NCBI RefSeq assembly: GCF_001194135.2
Contig: NC_068993.1
Span: forward strand, 55,887,335-55,951,334
DNA length: 64,000 nt
Origin: Octopus bimaculoides
Taxonomy: Eukaryota
Reading direction: 5' to 3'
Below the pieces are notes generated by a model, which saw nothing but the letters and a program-made list of their open reading frames with translations, did not search any database and was not told the origin of the DNA. Shown one piece after another: positions 14,201 through 27,576 of this stretch; position 1 is the first letter of the stretch, and each line of letters starts with the position of its first letter. A program made the position numbers and the translations under genes.

Positions 14201-17089
14201 ACAAGCTTAACATGGATCCACAAAAGAAGACAGTTTTGATTGCCATTTATGGAATTAATGCACAGAAACAAAATATAAAGGTGAGTTCAATGATAACAAA
14301 CCAATTGTTCACTTAAATTTAGAGCTCAGTCCCATAAGTTCAGCAAGCTTGCTGCTGCTACTACTACATAGCATGATGATGTGATTGCTTACTTTTAGAA
14401 TGACATTGCAGAGAAGGTGTGAGAGGCCAGATCTGGCCTTTTTGAACATAAAATAGAACATTTGGGTCAGATACGGCCAGTTTAAATGCTGTCAAGTTAA
14501 TCTCTCTTCCACTATGTCTACAACAGGGATTACGTATTTCAGATCTTGATTCTTAAAGCAGTTATGTCCCACAATACTAACTAGTCAATCATTGCTTTAA
14601 TCAGTTACTTCTACACTATAGGATTAACCAATACAACTAACCTCATGTGCGTTGTAGGTCTACATATGCAGAATTGGTCAGGGGATACTTAACAATCAAC
14701 CACTTGTGTATAATGTGTCTAGCTGTGTAGCTAGACACTGATTTGGACCAAGAGATCAGTGCATTATGTTCAACCATATCGCCATACTGGCAAAGATTAG
14801 TTACACACAGATTTGCTAAATACTGAACTAAAGAATCTTTGTAAGCTATGATGATCAACACTATGATAAATATAGTTTATACAGAAGATGTATGTTAAGT
14901 TGGCTGTGATCTGTGGTAACATTCAAATGTGCAAGCCTCATTACAGAAAAGGTAGAACTATGAAAGTGTTATAAGTTAGTAATTATAAGGTCATAAGAAG
15001 ATAATCTGACTGACCGAGTAAATTATATGGAACCATGCTTATTATAAAGATTAGGAAAATTAATAGATTAAAAAGCTATTGTTATAGTTTGGGGTATCCT
15101 CTTTTATAATGTCTATATATCAAGCAAAATTCAATATAACTAGTTTTAAAAGAGAAGCAGAGAGAGAAAGAAAGAGAGAAACTGGTATGTGAAGCTGTTA
15201 AGGAGACTATTTGCACAATAAAGGAGGTGTGATAGCAAGGATAGCGGGACACTACTAACTCCCCCTTTTCCGCATGACAGTTAAGCTGCAGCCAACAGGA
15301 GGCAAGTAGACAGCAACATGACAATATCTTACCTGAGGAATTGGCAGCAATAGTGGCAATAACTGCAGGCTTGATATGAGGGGTGTCACAAGCAATACAT
15401 TTTCTACAATGTAGTGGATTGGAGACGAGACATGTATCACATTTCCACATAGACAAGGCTTTATCAAGCTGACAGTTACTGGTCCCAACTGATTGTTTTT
15501 CAGTCTGAGACAAACAATGAACCATATGGCTAGCAGCATCTGCCAGTAAAAGAAAGCTAAATGTATTTTAATATATCGAATAAGGAAAAGATGAAACCTA
15601 CCTAACATTACATTTATATGTATGCTACTATCATTATATACACATTACGGTTGTTGATGCCATTATTATCTTCCAATATGATGTAAATGAAATTGCAGCT
15701 GTAACTACCAATAAGCAAGAAACCTAGCTTTATAGAGTTTTTCTCTCTGGTATTGTAGAAACGTGTATGATATGTTGAGGCAGGCTTTAAATAACGCAAA
15801 ATCTGTGTAACACGGTCTTGTAATTTATAAATATTTCTGAAACAGCTTATCAAATTTCCATTTTAGTATTGGTTGGACAGGTCTGCCGTGTGGTAGATCT
15901 CCATTCTTTTTGACAGGCTGTCAGTGAAATTCAACATTCTGCACTTCACCCTTGGTTTAAATCCATTTTTCCTCCACTCCAGCTTGTAGCTATTCATTAC
16001 AAGGTGAGATACCACGGACAGTATAATATTGTTAGAAATACAAACATATTCCTAACTGACATAGCAGTGAAAAGTGGAAAGAAATTAAAGAGTGTCCAAT
16101 GGTAAGACAAATAAGTTATGTGCAAAACCAAGGTCTCAAGGATTTAAACTAATCTATGAAAAGAAAAATAAAAGAAAAAAAGAAAAAGAAAAGGAAACGA
16201 ACTTGGTGGTGGTGCTGGTGGTGCATTAGGGTTGGCAGTTTGACAGGCAACACAGACGCTGTCTGATTCTTTGTTCTGTAACATACACACACTGCATTCC
16301 CATGTATCAGATTTCAAGAACTTGGCCATTAATGGATCAACTGTGAAATAAAATTACAAGTTTTAGTTAACATTTAAATCTAGACCATAGCAGTTGAAAT
16401 AGGATCAGTACATCTCCATCTTCGCTTGTTACCTATAGCATAGTCTACATCAACAAGCGAACATGAAGAGATAGAGAGAGAGAAGACATACAGAACAACA
16501 AGAGATTTCACAAAATGTCAGTCAAGAGAAGAATTCTGACATGTAACTAGACAGAATATAAAATCAGTTAACAATAAAATAAAATTAAACCAACCTTTGT
16601 CGGATGAAGTTGGGGCAACGGTTGTAGCAGGAGTAGTAGTAAAGAGTGTTGGTTTACAACCCGGTTTGGGTGTTTCACAAGCAACACACTTAGTAGCTTC
16701 TGCTTTGTTCTGAATCATACAAGTATCACACTCCCACGAACCAGACGATGGCATAAATTTTGCCATCAAGCTATCAGGTTGTAAAGATACACTAGCTGAA
16801 ATAGAAAAAACATACAGAGAATATTTAAACACAAAATTCTATTGTGGAATGGGTCTTGATTATTTGACATGACATCAAAACAGTAAAACACTTCAGAAAT
16901 ACTGGATAGAAACCTTTTGGTTGAGTTGCTGATGGCTTTGATGCTCCACAAGCCACACACTTTGTAGCTTCAGGCTTGTTTAGCAGCATACAGATCTCAC
17001 AATCCCATGAGTCAGGTGAACTGATGAACTTTGCCATCAAACTGTCAGTTACAACGCTAGACGTAGTCGTCGGAGCTGAAGAGACAATT

Positions 17090-17126
<37 letters not shown>

Positions 17127-20100
17127 TATGAATAACTAATAAGTAAAAGTAACAGAAACAGTATCAATATCAAATGGTTTAATATTTATAGCCACTAAAA
17201 AGAGAATATTAATTATTTTTTAATAAGTCCACTGGCTATTTGTAACATTAGTCCCTGATTGGGCACTGAGATTCTATGCATATCATTAGTGGAGAAATTG
17301 CTGCTATTTCCAGCCTTAGACGTCTACCACAGACAAGGCCAAGGAAGGTAAAAATCATGTGATCAGGAGGTCCCAGCGATTGATTTATCTCCCTGCTAGC
17401 GATGTAAACAAGAGTGCTTACATGCACCAAAAGCCCACGAGAGGTTCTTTCATGGTAACAACTACCGCAGTAATCAGTGTTCTAATATAACATCCACTTT
17501 TATGTGTGGATAAATAATACCTATGAATAACCAATTGAATAAACCAGAGCTTCATTGCAGTAATGAGAGATTTTTAAAGAATATTTAAAATAAAGATTCA
17601 GTGAAAAACTGAATGTATGGAAGACAGCAAATTTGCTTAGCTTGATGCATCTTCTCAAGTAGGGCAAATTGCCACAACTCCCAGTCCCTTGTCATTTCCT
17701 CAGTGAGGCCCAGCACCCGAAAATCCTTTCTCACCACTTTGTCCCACATCTTCCTGGGTCTACTCCTTCCACAGGTTCCCTCCACAATTAGAGCTTGGCA
17801 TTCCTTTAAGCAGCTGTCATCATCCAACATGGATGTCTCATTCAAACATGGAAGCTTTATCTCTAAACTGATGGTCACAAAGCTCTTATACACTAGACCA
17901 TCAATGTATGTACAATTAATGTTTTATTTTGAGAGGCTATGACTGCTTTTACTAAAAGATAAACCAAAAAAGCATTAATTGTATGCGTGTCAGTAGTCTA
18001 GTGAATAAGTGCTTTACTAAATTGAAGATCAAATTGAGTGAAATGTAGAGTAGATGGTAAAATTCAAACCATTTTCCATCTCTGAAAATGAAATTAATAG
18101 TTTGAAAAGTAACAACTTCATAGAAGCAATAACTAGTTTTACAATAATCTGGTTCTAACACTATCGGTTTCCTTGCTATTCTTTACTAGTAATAAGTTTC
18201 CTGATATCAAGACTAACTAATTGGCAACGAAATAGGTTTTACAAGAGAAATCTCGAACAATATTAAGAAATTTCAAAAACTGACAAACCTTTAGTTGAAG
18301 CTGCAGATGGTTTTCGTGTCCCACAACTAACACATTTTTTGCTTTCAGTTTTATTTGGGACCATACAAGCATCACAATCCCAAGAGTCAACTGTTAAAAA
18401 CTTGGCCATCAAAGGATCAACTTGTGCTTTGGAAGTTTCTGGAAAAACAAATACATCAAGAACAGAATAAACGCTTTGTCACACTGACAAAGTGGCAAAA
18501 TTTATATCTATCTATCTATCTATATATATATATATATTAAATTCAGCTTATGTTGAAAGTCAACAAAGTTTGCTTTAGAAGTGTTGAGATGTATTCAAAG
18601 ATAGAGATAAGGAAATAATTTTATTCTCAAATGCAGGTTAATGCTAATAACTATCAATCATTGGGAATTAGCATATTTAGTGCTATGGCCAATTTGGGGA
18701 CCTACTAGTTTTATAGTAAGTTGTTTCTTAAGGATTCCACTTGAGGTTCTGACAATTATTTGCCTTACTTAAGCCTTTCTACTATAGACACAAAGCCTGA
18801 AATTTTGGAGGAGGAGGCTAGTCGATTACATTGATCCCAGTATGAAACTGGTACTTATTTCATCAACCTCAAAAGGATGAAAAGCAAAGTTGACCTTGGC
18901 AAAATTTGAACTCAGAACGTAAAGATGGACGAAATGCCGCAAAGGATTTTGCCCAGTGTGCCAATGGTCTTACCAGTTTGCTGCCTTATTTGTCTTAGCA
19001 AGGGAACAATTGAAGGAGGGGCTATGCTATAGATCTCATGCCTAATGAATAGAGTTATAAGTACATACATGTGTGTGTGTGTGTGTGTGTGAGAAAGATT
19101 AAAAACATAGACAAATAGAGAGATAAAGAAAACATATTACCTTTTTTCTGACCACCAAGCACATCCATTACACTTCCAGTCTTCAAAGTGGAAGCAGGTT
19201 GAATCCCTCCAAAGCCGCCGCTGCTGCTGCTGCTGCCACTGCTGCTATCAACTGGTTTACTGCCAGATGTCTTTAGTGTAAAAGCTATGTTAATACATAT
19301 AAATAAAACATCACATGCATTAGAATTTATAGGGAGACACGAGGGAAACATCAAACATGTCTACATCATACAACTACATAGAGACCTAAAACAAAAGATA
19401 GGGGGGGGGAAAAAAATCCTACAGAATGCTCACCTGGTTTTTCATCAAAGATGGAAGTTGATTTTGGTTTAGGCAAAGTTGATGAAACACTGAACTGGAA
19501 CGTGTGTTTAGCAGAGTCTACAATTACTTTGTCAGGAGAACTGAATTTAAAGTCCTGAAATAAATAAATAGAAATCAATACTGAAAATAACTAGACTCCA
19601 TTTATGATGTTAAGCCTTTCAGACTTTGAGGGTTTTAAAGTTTGTGCATTTACATTTACATATATAGCATCATCATCTACATGATGGTATAGAGAAAATC
19701 TAAGATTAGTTTATCTAATGTATTGTGCTTTTAAGACGAAGGGTATGCAAGATTAATAGAAAGCAATGAGAATGAATAAGGATTACACATGATAGAGTAA
19801 CCTGAATGCGAAAGGATTCAGGAGTATTACCAGTGGCTATTGACCATGAAAGGTTGGTCAGTCCACATTACTCAATAAGGAGCCCAAGGTTGACTTCCTG
19901 GTTTCTCTGGCATATATATGTTCTTCCCTAGATGAGAGGCCTGTCTTTTGCAGGATTACTCATTTATACCAGCTGAGTGGACTGGAGCAAAGCAAAAATG
20001 AAGTGTTTTGCTCATGAACACAATGCATTGCCTGGTCCAGGAATTGAAACCACGATCTTCCAATCATGAATCCGACACCCTAACCACTAAGCCATGTGCC

Positions 20101-23100
20101 ACTGCATTGACTATGAAAGAGGTGAGTGCATATTAAAAAAAAATATATATATACATATATAAAAACTTACTGAAACTGAAGGTAAGCCTTCAGATACCAA
20201 GTTTGTATCTGGTAGTGTTGTTTGTATGGGAGTAGAGAATTTAAAATCTGATTCTGATGAATTGAAGCTAGTGTTAGAGCCGAAACTAGTGCTAGCACCA
20301 AAGCTAGGAGTTGCTGTTATAGTTGATGTTGTTGCAGTAGACTGTGCAGTTCCGCTATTAGACTTGTCAGCAGAAATAGTAGTAGTAAGAGGTGTGAAAG
20401 TAGATCTTCCGGATTGATTAGAAAAGCTGCTTGTTGATATTCCAAAAGAGAATTTGGGCACATTTGTGACAGGCAGGACAAAATCAGTCTTCAACTGTAC
20501 AGGCTCCTTTAAGTGAAAGATAGACAGGTAGATAATTAGTGAGAAACTTCAACAGGGTTAGAGAAAGAAACCAAGAAACACTTTTATCATCATGGAATAT
20601 TGTTTGATTCTGTAAAGAATAAATATAATGGCAATCTTTCGGTACGATTACCTAAATATCGGCCTTTTCCGTAAAAGTGTCTTCGGCGATCTTTACCAAA
20701 GATTGCACTTTTCCGTAAAAAGTGTTGGAGAGAAACAGGGAAACGATGTCATAACAGCGAAAGACATGCAGAGAGCGCGATTTATTTTGAAGCGTTTAGA
20801 GTTAGGGTTAGGGTTTTAGGGTTTGCATTAGGGAATTTCGTCCCTAACCGTAACCCTAACACCGCAGTGAAGATCATGCTGGTGTTATGGAAAAGGCCGA
20901 TATTTAGGAACTCGTACCGAAAGATCACCAATATAATATATAGGAGTAGATTTCCATTACATTTGCAGTAAAAGGTTTCACATCACATATTAAAACAAAC
21001 AATTTCACCTAATTAGATATAAGGAGTGTGTCACATGACAGGTCATGTCATATAAGAATACCAGAAACAATACCAATACATCAAAGAGCAAAACAAGAAA
21101 ACAAACAGAATGTGTGATTTGAGCTGTATGTTACCTCAGTTTCATCTTCCATATCTTTCATTGAATTTCCTCTTGTAGAATAACTTTTCTCTCTCTTCAT
21201 CTTACCACTAATTGGTGGTCTCCCTAGAGAAAGTGAGGGTTCTGAAACATTTGTAGCTGTTGGCTGGGTTACCAAGGGTATAGAAAAGAAACTGGATGCT
21301 GTTGCTGATGATGCTGTTGGTATCGAAGCTGTTGCTGTAGCTGCTACTGTTGTTGTTGTTTTCTCACTGCAAGGTAAGATGCTGGATTTAACTACAGGAA
21401 ACTTTCAGATCACAAAATAAAACAGAAAACTTAAAGGAATACTACACAAACCAAATGGTCAAAATTAGAGGACGATAAGGTAAGACAGGTCAATACCACT
21501 TCTACTGTACTTTTGTCACCACTCACCACATTCAGCTTCATATATTGGAAGGACTAATACTGAGATGAAATGGAAGTGATGATGATGATGATGATGACAG
21601 CTTATATGATCTAAAATAAATACATAATTCCAGATAAGAGTAATAAAGACAGTGACCATATACATTTGTCTACCATACAGTAATTATACAAGATCACCAC
21701 AAGCCAACTGTCACAAGACGATGGCAGACAAGCCTACAACTGCATGTCTATAAGATAAAGATCCTACCGCCAAAATCATTGCTTTAACTTCCACTTTACC
21801 AGATTGTCTAAAGCAAGATAATATTTTGTCATGGCATGACATCTTTTAATGGAAATTGTAAACAAAAGACACTGCTTGTATGACAGTGATGCTTGCTGAC
21901 AAAAGGTAAGGACAGACACACACACATCCATATCCACTCATAAAATTCTGGTTGGCCTGGAGCTATAGTAGAAGACATTCGCCCAAGGTGCTGTGTAGGG
22001 GGACAGAATCCAAAACTACAGTGGGGAAGCACACTTCTTGACCACACAGCCATATCAGCACCAGAGAGCATAACAGGATGAATAAGACACACGGCAGTTA
22101 CTTACACTGAGGCAGTCTGTGGAGTTGTTGCAAAGACTCTAGCCAGTTCCTTAGAAGTATCTTTCCCTGTATAGCTGCTTACCTGAAAAATTAAAGCAAA
22201 AATTAGTTCATCAATGTATATAGATTGAAATATTCAGCACTTTCATTAACAACTCATTTAAATGAGAACATCTATGCAAATCTTATGCTTTGATTTAAAT
22301 GGTGAGATAATCTAGCTGCAGAAAATAAACTCACAAGAATCCACACAGAGACAAGAGATAATTTTCTATCTCCTTGTGCTCAACCATGTGGATGGAAAAG
22401 GTATATTGCAACCTTAAATACAACATGTACATGGCCAACATAGATAAAATGAACCAAATGAGTTACTAATTAGTTGTTACACCCAGAAGTGGTGATTGAG
22501 TACTGAGAATGATTTCTCTTACTTATTATACCAAATCATGAGGCACTTAAAAGCAATGTGATCAACTACAATTCCAAGTGGATGTAGCAACACAGTTGAG
22601 TGCACTGCTATAAAGAAAGAAAAAAACCTTGCTGGGAGAAAGATAATACACTGTTATAAATTCAACATCCATCCCCATAACCAAAATATATCAAGAATGC
22701 CAACACCAGAAAAGGAAAGTTTCCAGTGACTTTTTGAGCTTTCCAATGTATGCCCAACAAGGTTCATAATATAGTGGGTTAATATCAAAAGGGTTAAATA
22801 ACTGAGGTAGTATTTCCAATAATGGCAGCATTATGTTTTTGGTCTTTCATACAGATGGTTGACAGCAATAATTCCAACTGTTCACAATTTAATACTACTA
22901 TCAAAGGAAAATGAACATCATAAATTACACAGTGGCTAGCTTGGGCAGTAAATATAAGTGAAGTTCTGTAATATCATCTCAAATATGCTGATGCACTTGA
23001 CTGGAGAGGTGGAAAAAAAAAAAGTAACATTCTCAAGTATAATATATACCCCAAATATTTAGGTTTAAAAGCTGAAAAAAAAAAGTGTACATTATACAGG

Positions 23101-26100
23101 CATAGCTACGGCACTTCCTTTTCAAATTTATGTTGGCAATGAATTGAGAAAAGAAAAGATTCTAACTTTGTTAATATGTTCTGTTTGCTTCTGGGTATTT
23201 TCCATAGTTGGAGAGCTCTTGAAAGCACTGTATGCTGACTGCCTGTTTTTGGCTATGGTAGCTTTCGATGGGGAATTTAGCATAACTGTTGGTGGACCTC
23301 TAGGTGGTAGCTGGAAAAAAATAAATAGATATAATTCTACCAAACAGAATTGTAGTGATATCAGGCATTAATATCAAAATACTTTTAAAATATTCACAAC
23401 TATCTAAGTAACATGACTGGTTAAAAATCAAGGTGATCAATTTTTTAAAAATCTGCTACAGCTCAAGTCAAATACAACTCCCACTGTACAGTTAAGGTCA
23501 GACATTCAGTTATATACAATAACAAAAAAAAAAAAAAAAAAACTAAATGGCACCTTGGTTTTGACAACTAGTATTTCAGTTGTCCCATCAAACCAAACTA
23601 TTTACTTATTGAATTAGAGTAGCGATGTTGTTGATACTACAGTCAGAGATTTTCCAACCCTGATCACCTTGTCTTTTATTTAGTGTAGCTAATAACATTA
23701 TCCTTTTAAGATGGCAGGATGTGATTTAAAAGCAATTCAGCTGCTATTTCTAGCAGGTCTAGCAATTACACAGAGGCCCTTTCATTGGTTTTTAAGAGAA
23801 AGTGATCTGCAATAAGATAAGATTTTTCTCACACTACTAACTCCATAATTAATTCCTTATTTAATATAAAGTTATTTCCTAACAAAGAATTTTGCTTACC
23901 TTTTCAGAATCGTTACTAAAAGTTGAAACTGCAACTGATGGTCTATTGCGTCGTTTAAAATTGGATGGCTGCCAAATATAAATGTGTACCACATGTTATT
24001 GTATATAGTCACTTGAGTTTTAGTCTAAATTCTGGCACCTCTTTACATGACCACCACCCACTTCCAGACAAAAGCATTAATCCAAATCTGAAAATACTGC
24101 ATACTTTGATGGTACAGTACAAATTGTTTAATTTACCCACTGTTTTACAATTGTTTGCTTAGTTTTCATAATGAAGACAAGAAATTTTTCAATGACAAAT
24201 TGGACCCTCACAGACTAGGAATATCCAGGTGAGAGCAGGAATGTAGGTGGAACATTATAGTGCGGGAATATTTAACTCCATGACAACAGTTTTATCACAA
24301 CAAAAATAAATTTCAAGAGAAACTATTTAAATAAAGTAAAACCAATATATACTTTAATAAAAAGTGTTTATATTTATATTTTAATAAAGTTTATATTTGC
24401 AACAAGTGACAAAAGTAAACCATTTAATTCATAGTTAATTTGATGTCCACTAATTTTATAATAATTTGTGGATGTGGTGCTTAAACCAGACCAGTTCACT
24501 TAATTGACCACAGCCCACCTTATCAATATTGAGTAGACTTGTCTGGCAGAAATAACAATAAGAAAACGATTATACTTACAGAAAACTGTAGAACTGTATC
24601 CGCCAAATTGTGATTATTCATTGGAATCTTACGAGCATCCTGAAAAGTAAGAAAGTTACAAACTTTAGTTACAGGCAGAAGACTGGCACAACCTGTGGTA
24701 TTTAACCACAGCTCTTGATGTTCTGGCTTAAATCTATACAAGATCAACTTTACTTTTTATCCTTCTAGAGTTGATTAAGTACAAGTATCAGAGCCACTTT
24801 AATATTTCCTGTAAACGAATTTATACAAAAAAAAAAAAAAAAAAAAAAAAAAGGTATTTCAACATAAAAACATACAGGATGCATCGAATAATGTAGCCCA
24901 AGTTATGCTATGTATAAAAAAAAGACTATTTTATTCTTTTATACGTTTCAGCGCTGAGACTGTGGCTATGCTGGGGCACTGCCAGTATCCTAATAGCTGG
25001 AACAAATAATTAATGTAGACTTGCAATTAGGGAGGAGTCATGGTTAAACAACACACATCACAAACAAGATTATTCTACAAAATATGGTAATGAGAATAAA
25101 TACTGAAAGTGAAGATGTACAAAAAAACTCACTGATATAGGAGTTGCCATCATTTCTAAAATATCTGAGATCCGTTTTGCTGTAGAACTTGTTACAGCCC
25201 CAGTACTGTTCTTATGCAGTGGTTTAGCGTTGACCTGACGCCGATATGGTGTGGCAGCCTACGAAGAAAGAGAAACGAAATTAAGAGTGCAAACACACAA
25301 ACATCTTTCAGTAATCCCTGAGCAATAACTGTGTTAGAGTATCAGATATTTGTTCCTGACATTATAGTTTAGAACAATGTTTTAAGCTCAAATTTTAACA
25401 AGGCCTTCATATCCCATTGACAGTCAGGATTACACTCCCAACTTAATCACAACTGAAAGCTCCAAAGGCTGAGGTATTATTGACTCCTGCTGCTGCAATC
25501 AAACAATGATTTATATGCAAATATCAAACTACTGCAGCTAAGCTGGGTAAGAAGACCATTATATGCCTATTTATTTGTTGTTTCGAACCACATGCAAATA
25601 TTGCAGCCATACTAAGTCTCAAAAGTGCTAGGAGGTGAACAGTCTAGATTATTTAACAATGTAAAGCAGGGAACTTACAGAATATGGGTTACTTTCTTTC
25701 AGGCGCATTTTTCTCCTAGAAGAAGCCCCACCATACTGTGTTTTACCGCCATAAAATGAAGACTCATGCTGACTATCAGAGAGCAAGGAATCTTTCTAGA
25801 AAACACAAACATAGACACATTTAAGAAAGCCAACAACAATGTAGTATGTGAGGTTATACTATAAATCGACGATGATGATGATGATAATAATAATAATAAT
25901 ACTACTACAGTAACTTACCAAGAAGGGAGAGACAAGCAGAGAAGGTTCAAATCTAGGCTTAGTCCGAAAAGAGTCACTTTCATTTTTTTTAATATAGGAT
26001 ATATTGCTCCACACTTTAGAACTTTCACAATCACCTGTAGAGAAAGAAAGAAATTATATGAAATATTATGATTTCCCATGTTAGAAGTTTTAGAGTTATG

Positions 26101-27545
26101 AAGGACATTATAACAATGAGTAAAACTGTAGATTTGTAACTGGTGAGCACTTACAACTCCAGTAGATTACTGGTACATAGGATGTGGGTTAATTTGCATT
26201 ATCTTAAGAAAAAAAAAATAATTACTAAAATTCCTTACAAATAAAAATCAAGATGAATTAATTGGTCTTTAAATTGTGAACATTTAAAAAAATTGAGAGT
26301 ATTATAGATAACATACACCTTCTTCCTGATTTACAACCGAGTTCCATTCTGATCGATAGGTCATAAGATGAATTTATATTTTTCAACACTATTTTCATTC
26401 AAAAGGATTATAAAAATATAAAATATAAAAATTTAATCAATAATTATTGTACATAATGTGAAAAATACATATGTATTTTTTGAGGTCTTACGTGCAGATG
26501 GTTGTAAGTTGAGGAGGTGTATTTTTAAATAGCTCACACCTAGTTGTGGAGAAACCTGGCTCTCCACCTGCTTGTGAAATTAAGAGGCAAGTGGCGGAGC
26601 ACTTCATGTCGTTCTCAGAGAAATTCAGCATGACACACAGAGTGTGACATTGTTGGCTCTTTGAATTACAACTTATTTTTGTGGATTGCTGTGGAAAGAA
26701 GTAGCAGGTTATATGACATTGTTCCTTCTAATAGATCATCGTATCCAAAAGAATATTTCGTTCACTTAACATCACTGAATTAAAGCAAAGCAATGAATGG
26801 TCCCTCTAGGTTGCTTGGAATTTGCAGATATATATATAGTGAGAATTTACAAAAAAACAAAAGACGAAGACAGGTGTGTATTAGTTTAACACTTGGGAAG
26901 TGAGAAAGTCTTTTATGTTTCGAGCCTATGCTCTTCGACAGAAAGGAACACAGAAAGAAACAGGGGGAGAAAATAGAAAAAGGTTTAGTGGCTAGCAATC
27001 TATATATATATGTATGTATGTATATGTAAATATATGTTTATATTCTATGTATTTCACTGATGAAAGGATCATATTTAACTTACAGCTATCTTCAGGATCA
27101 ACACTAATGCTGCCATTCCCATCATCATCATTATCAATAGATGCTGTAGTTGATTGATAATTCATGTCTGAAGAAAGTTGGGCGTCAGCAGAAGGATGTA
27201 ACCGATTCTTTAGTTGTTCAATATCTGCTCCAGTGAGAGAGAGACAGTTCTGTTTATCACCTAACCGGGGCATCGTCTCTGAAATTTGGCCAGCATGAGG
27301 CAATGAACCATCTGAAACAAAATTACATTAATTAGCAATTTTGGTATGTTGTAGTGGTGGAAGGAGAATAACAGTGATAGCGATTAAAAACTAAGAACAC
27401 AAAAAACCTTTTTGATAATTATGCCAATAGAAGTACATATCACATATACATATATGAGATCTGAAAAGTTCCAGGAAATTAGCTGACATATTAATGAATG
27501 ATCAATAGATAAATAAGCAAGTCATGATCAATTTAAGCACACATA

Positions 27546-27576
<31 letters not shown>

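Noticed and set aside
15841-16020. Possible sixth zinc-finger exon between E19 and E20
   Set aside because: No CxxC motifs; stop codons in the fitting frame
20800-20860. TTAGGG runs as a chromosome-fusion telomere relic
   Set aside because: Only 2-4 units, each enclosed by TIRs and TSDs, so transposon-borne
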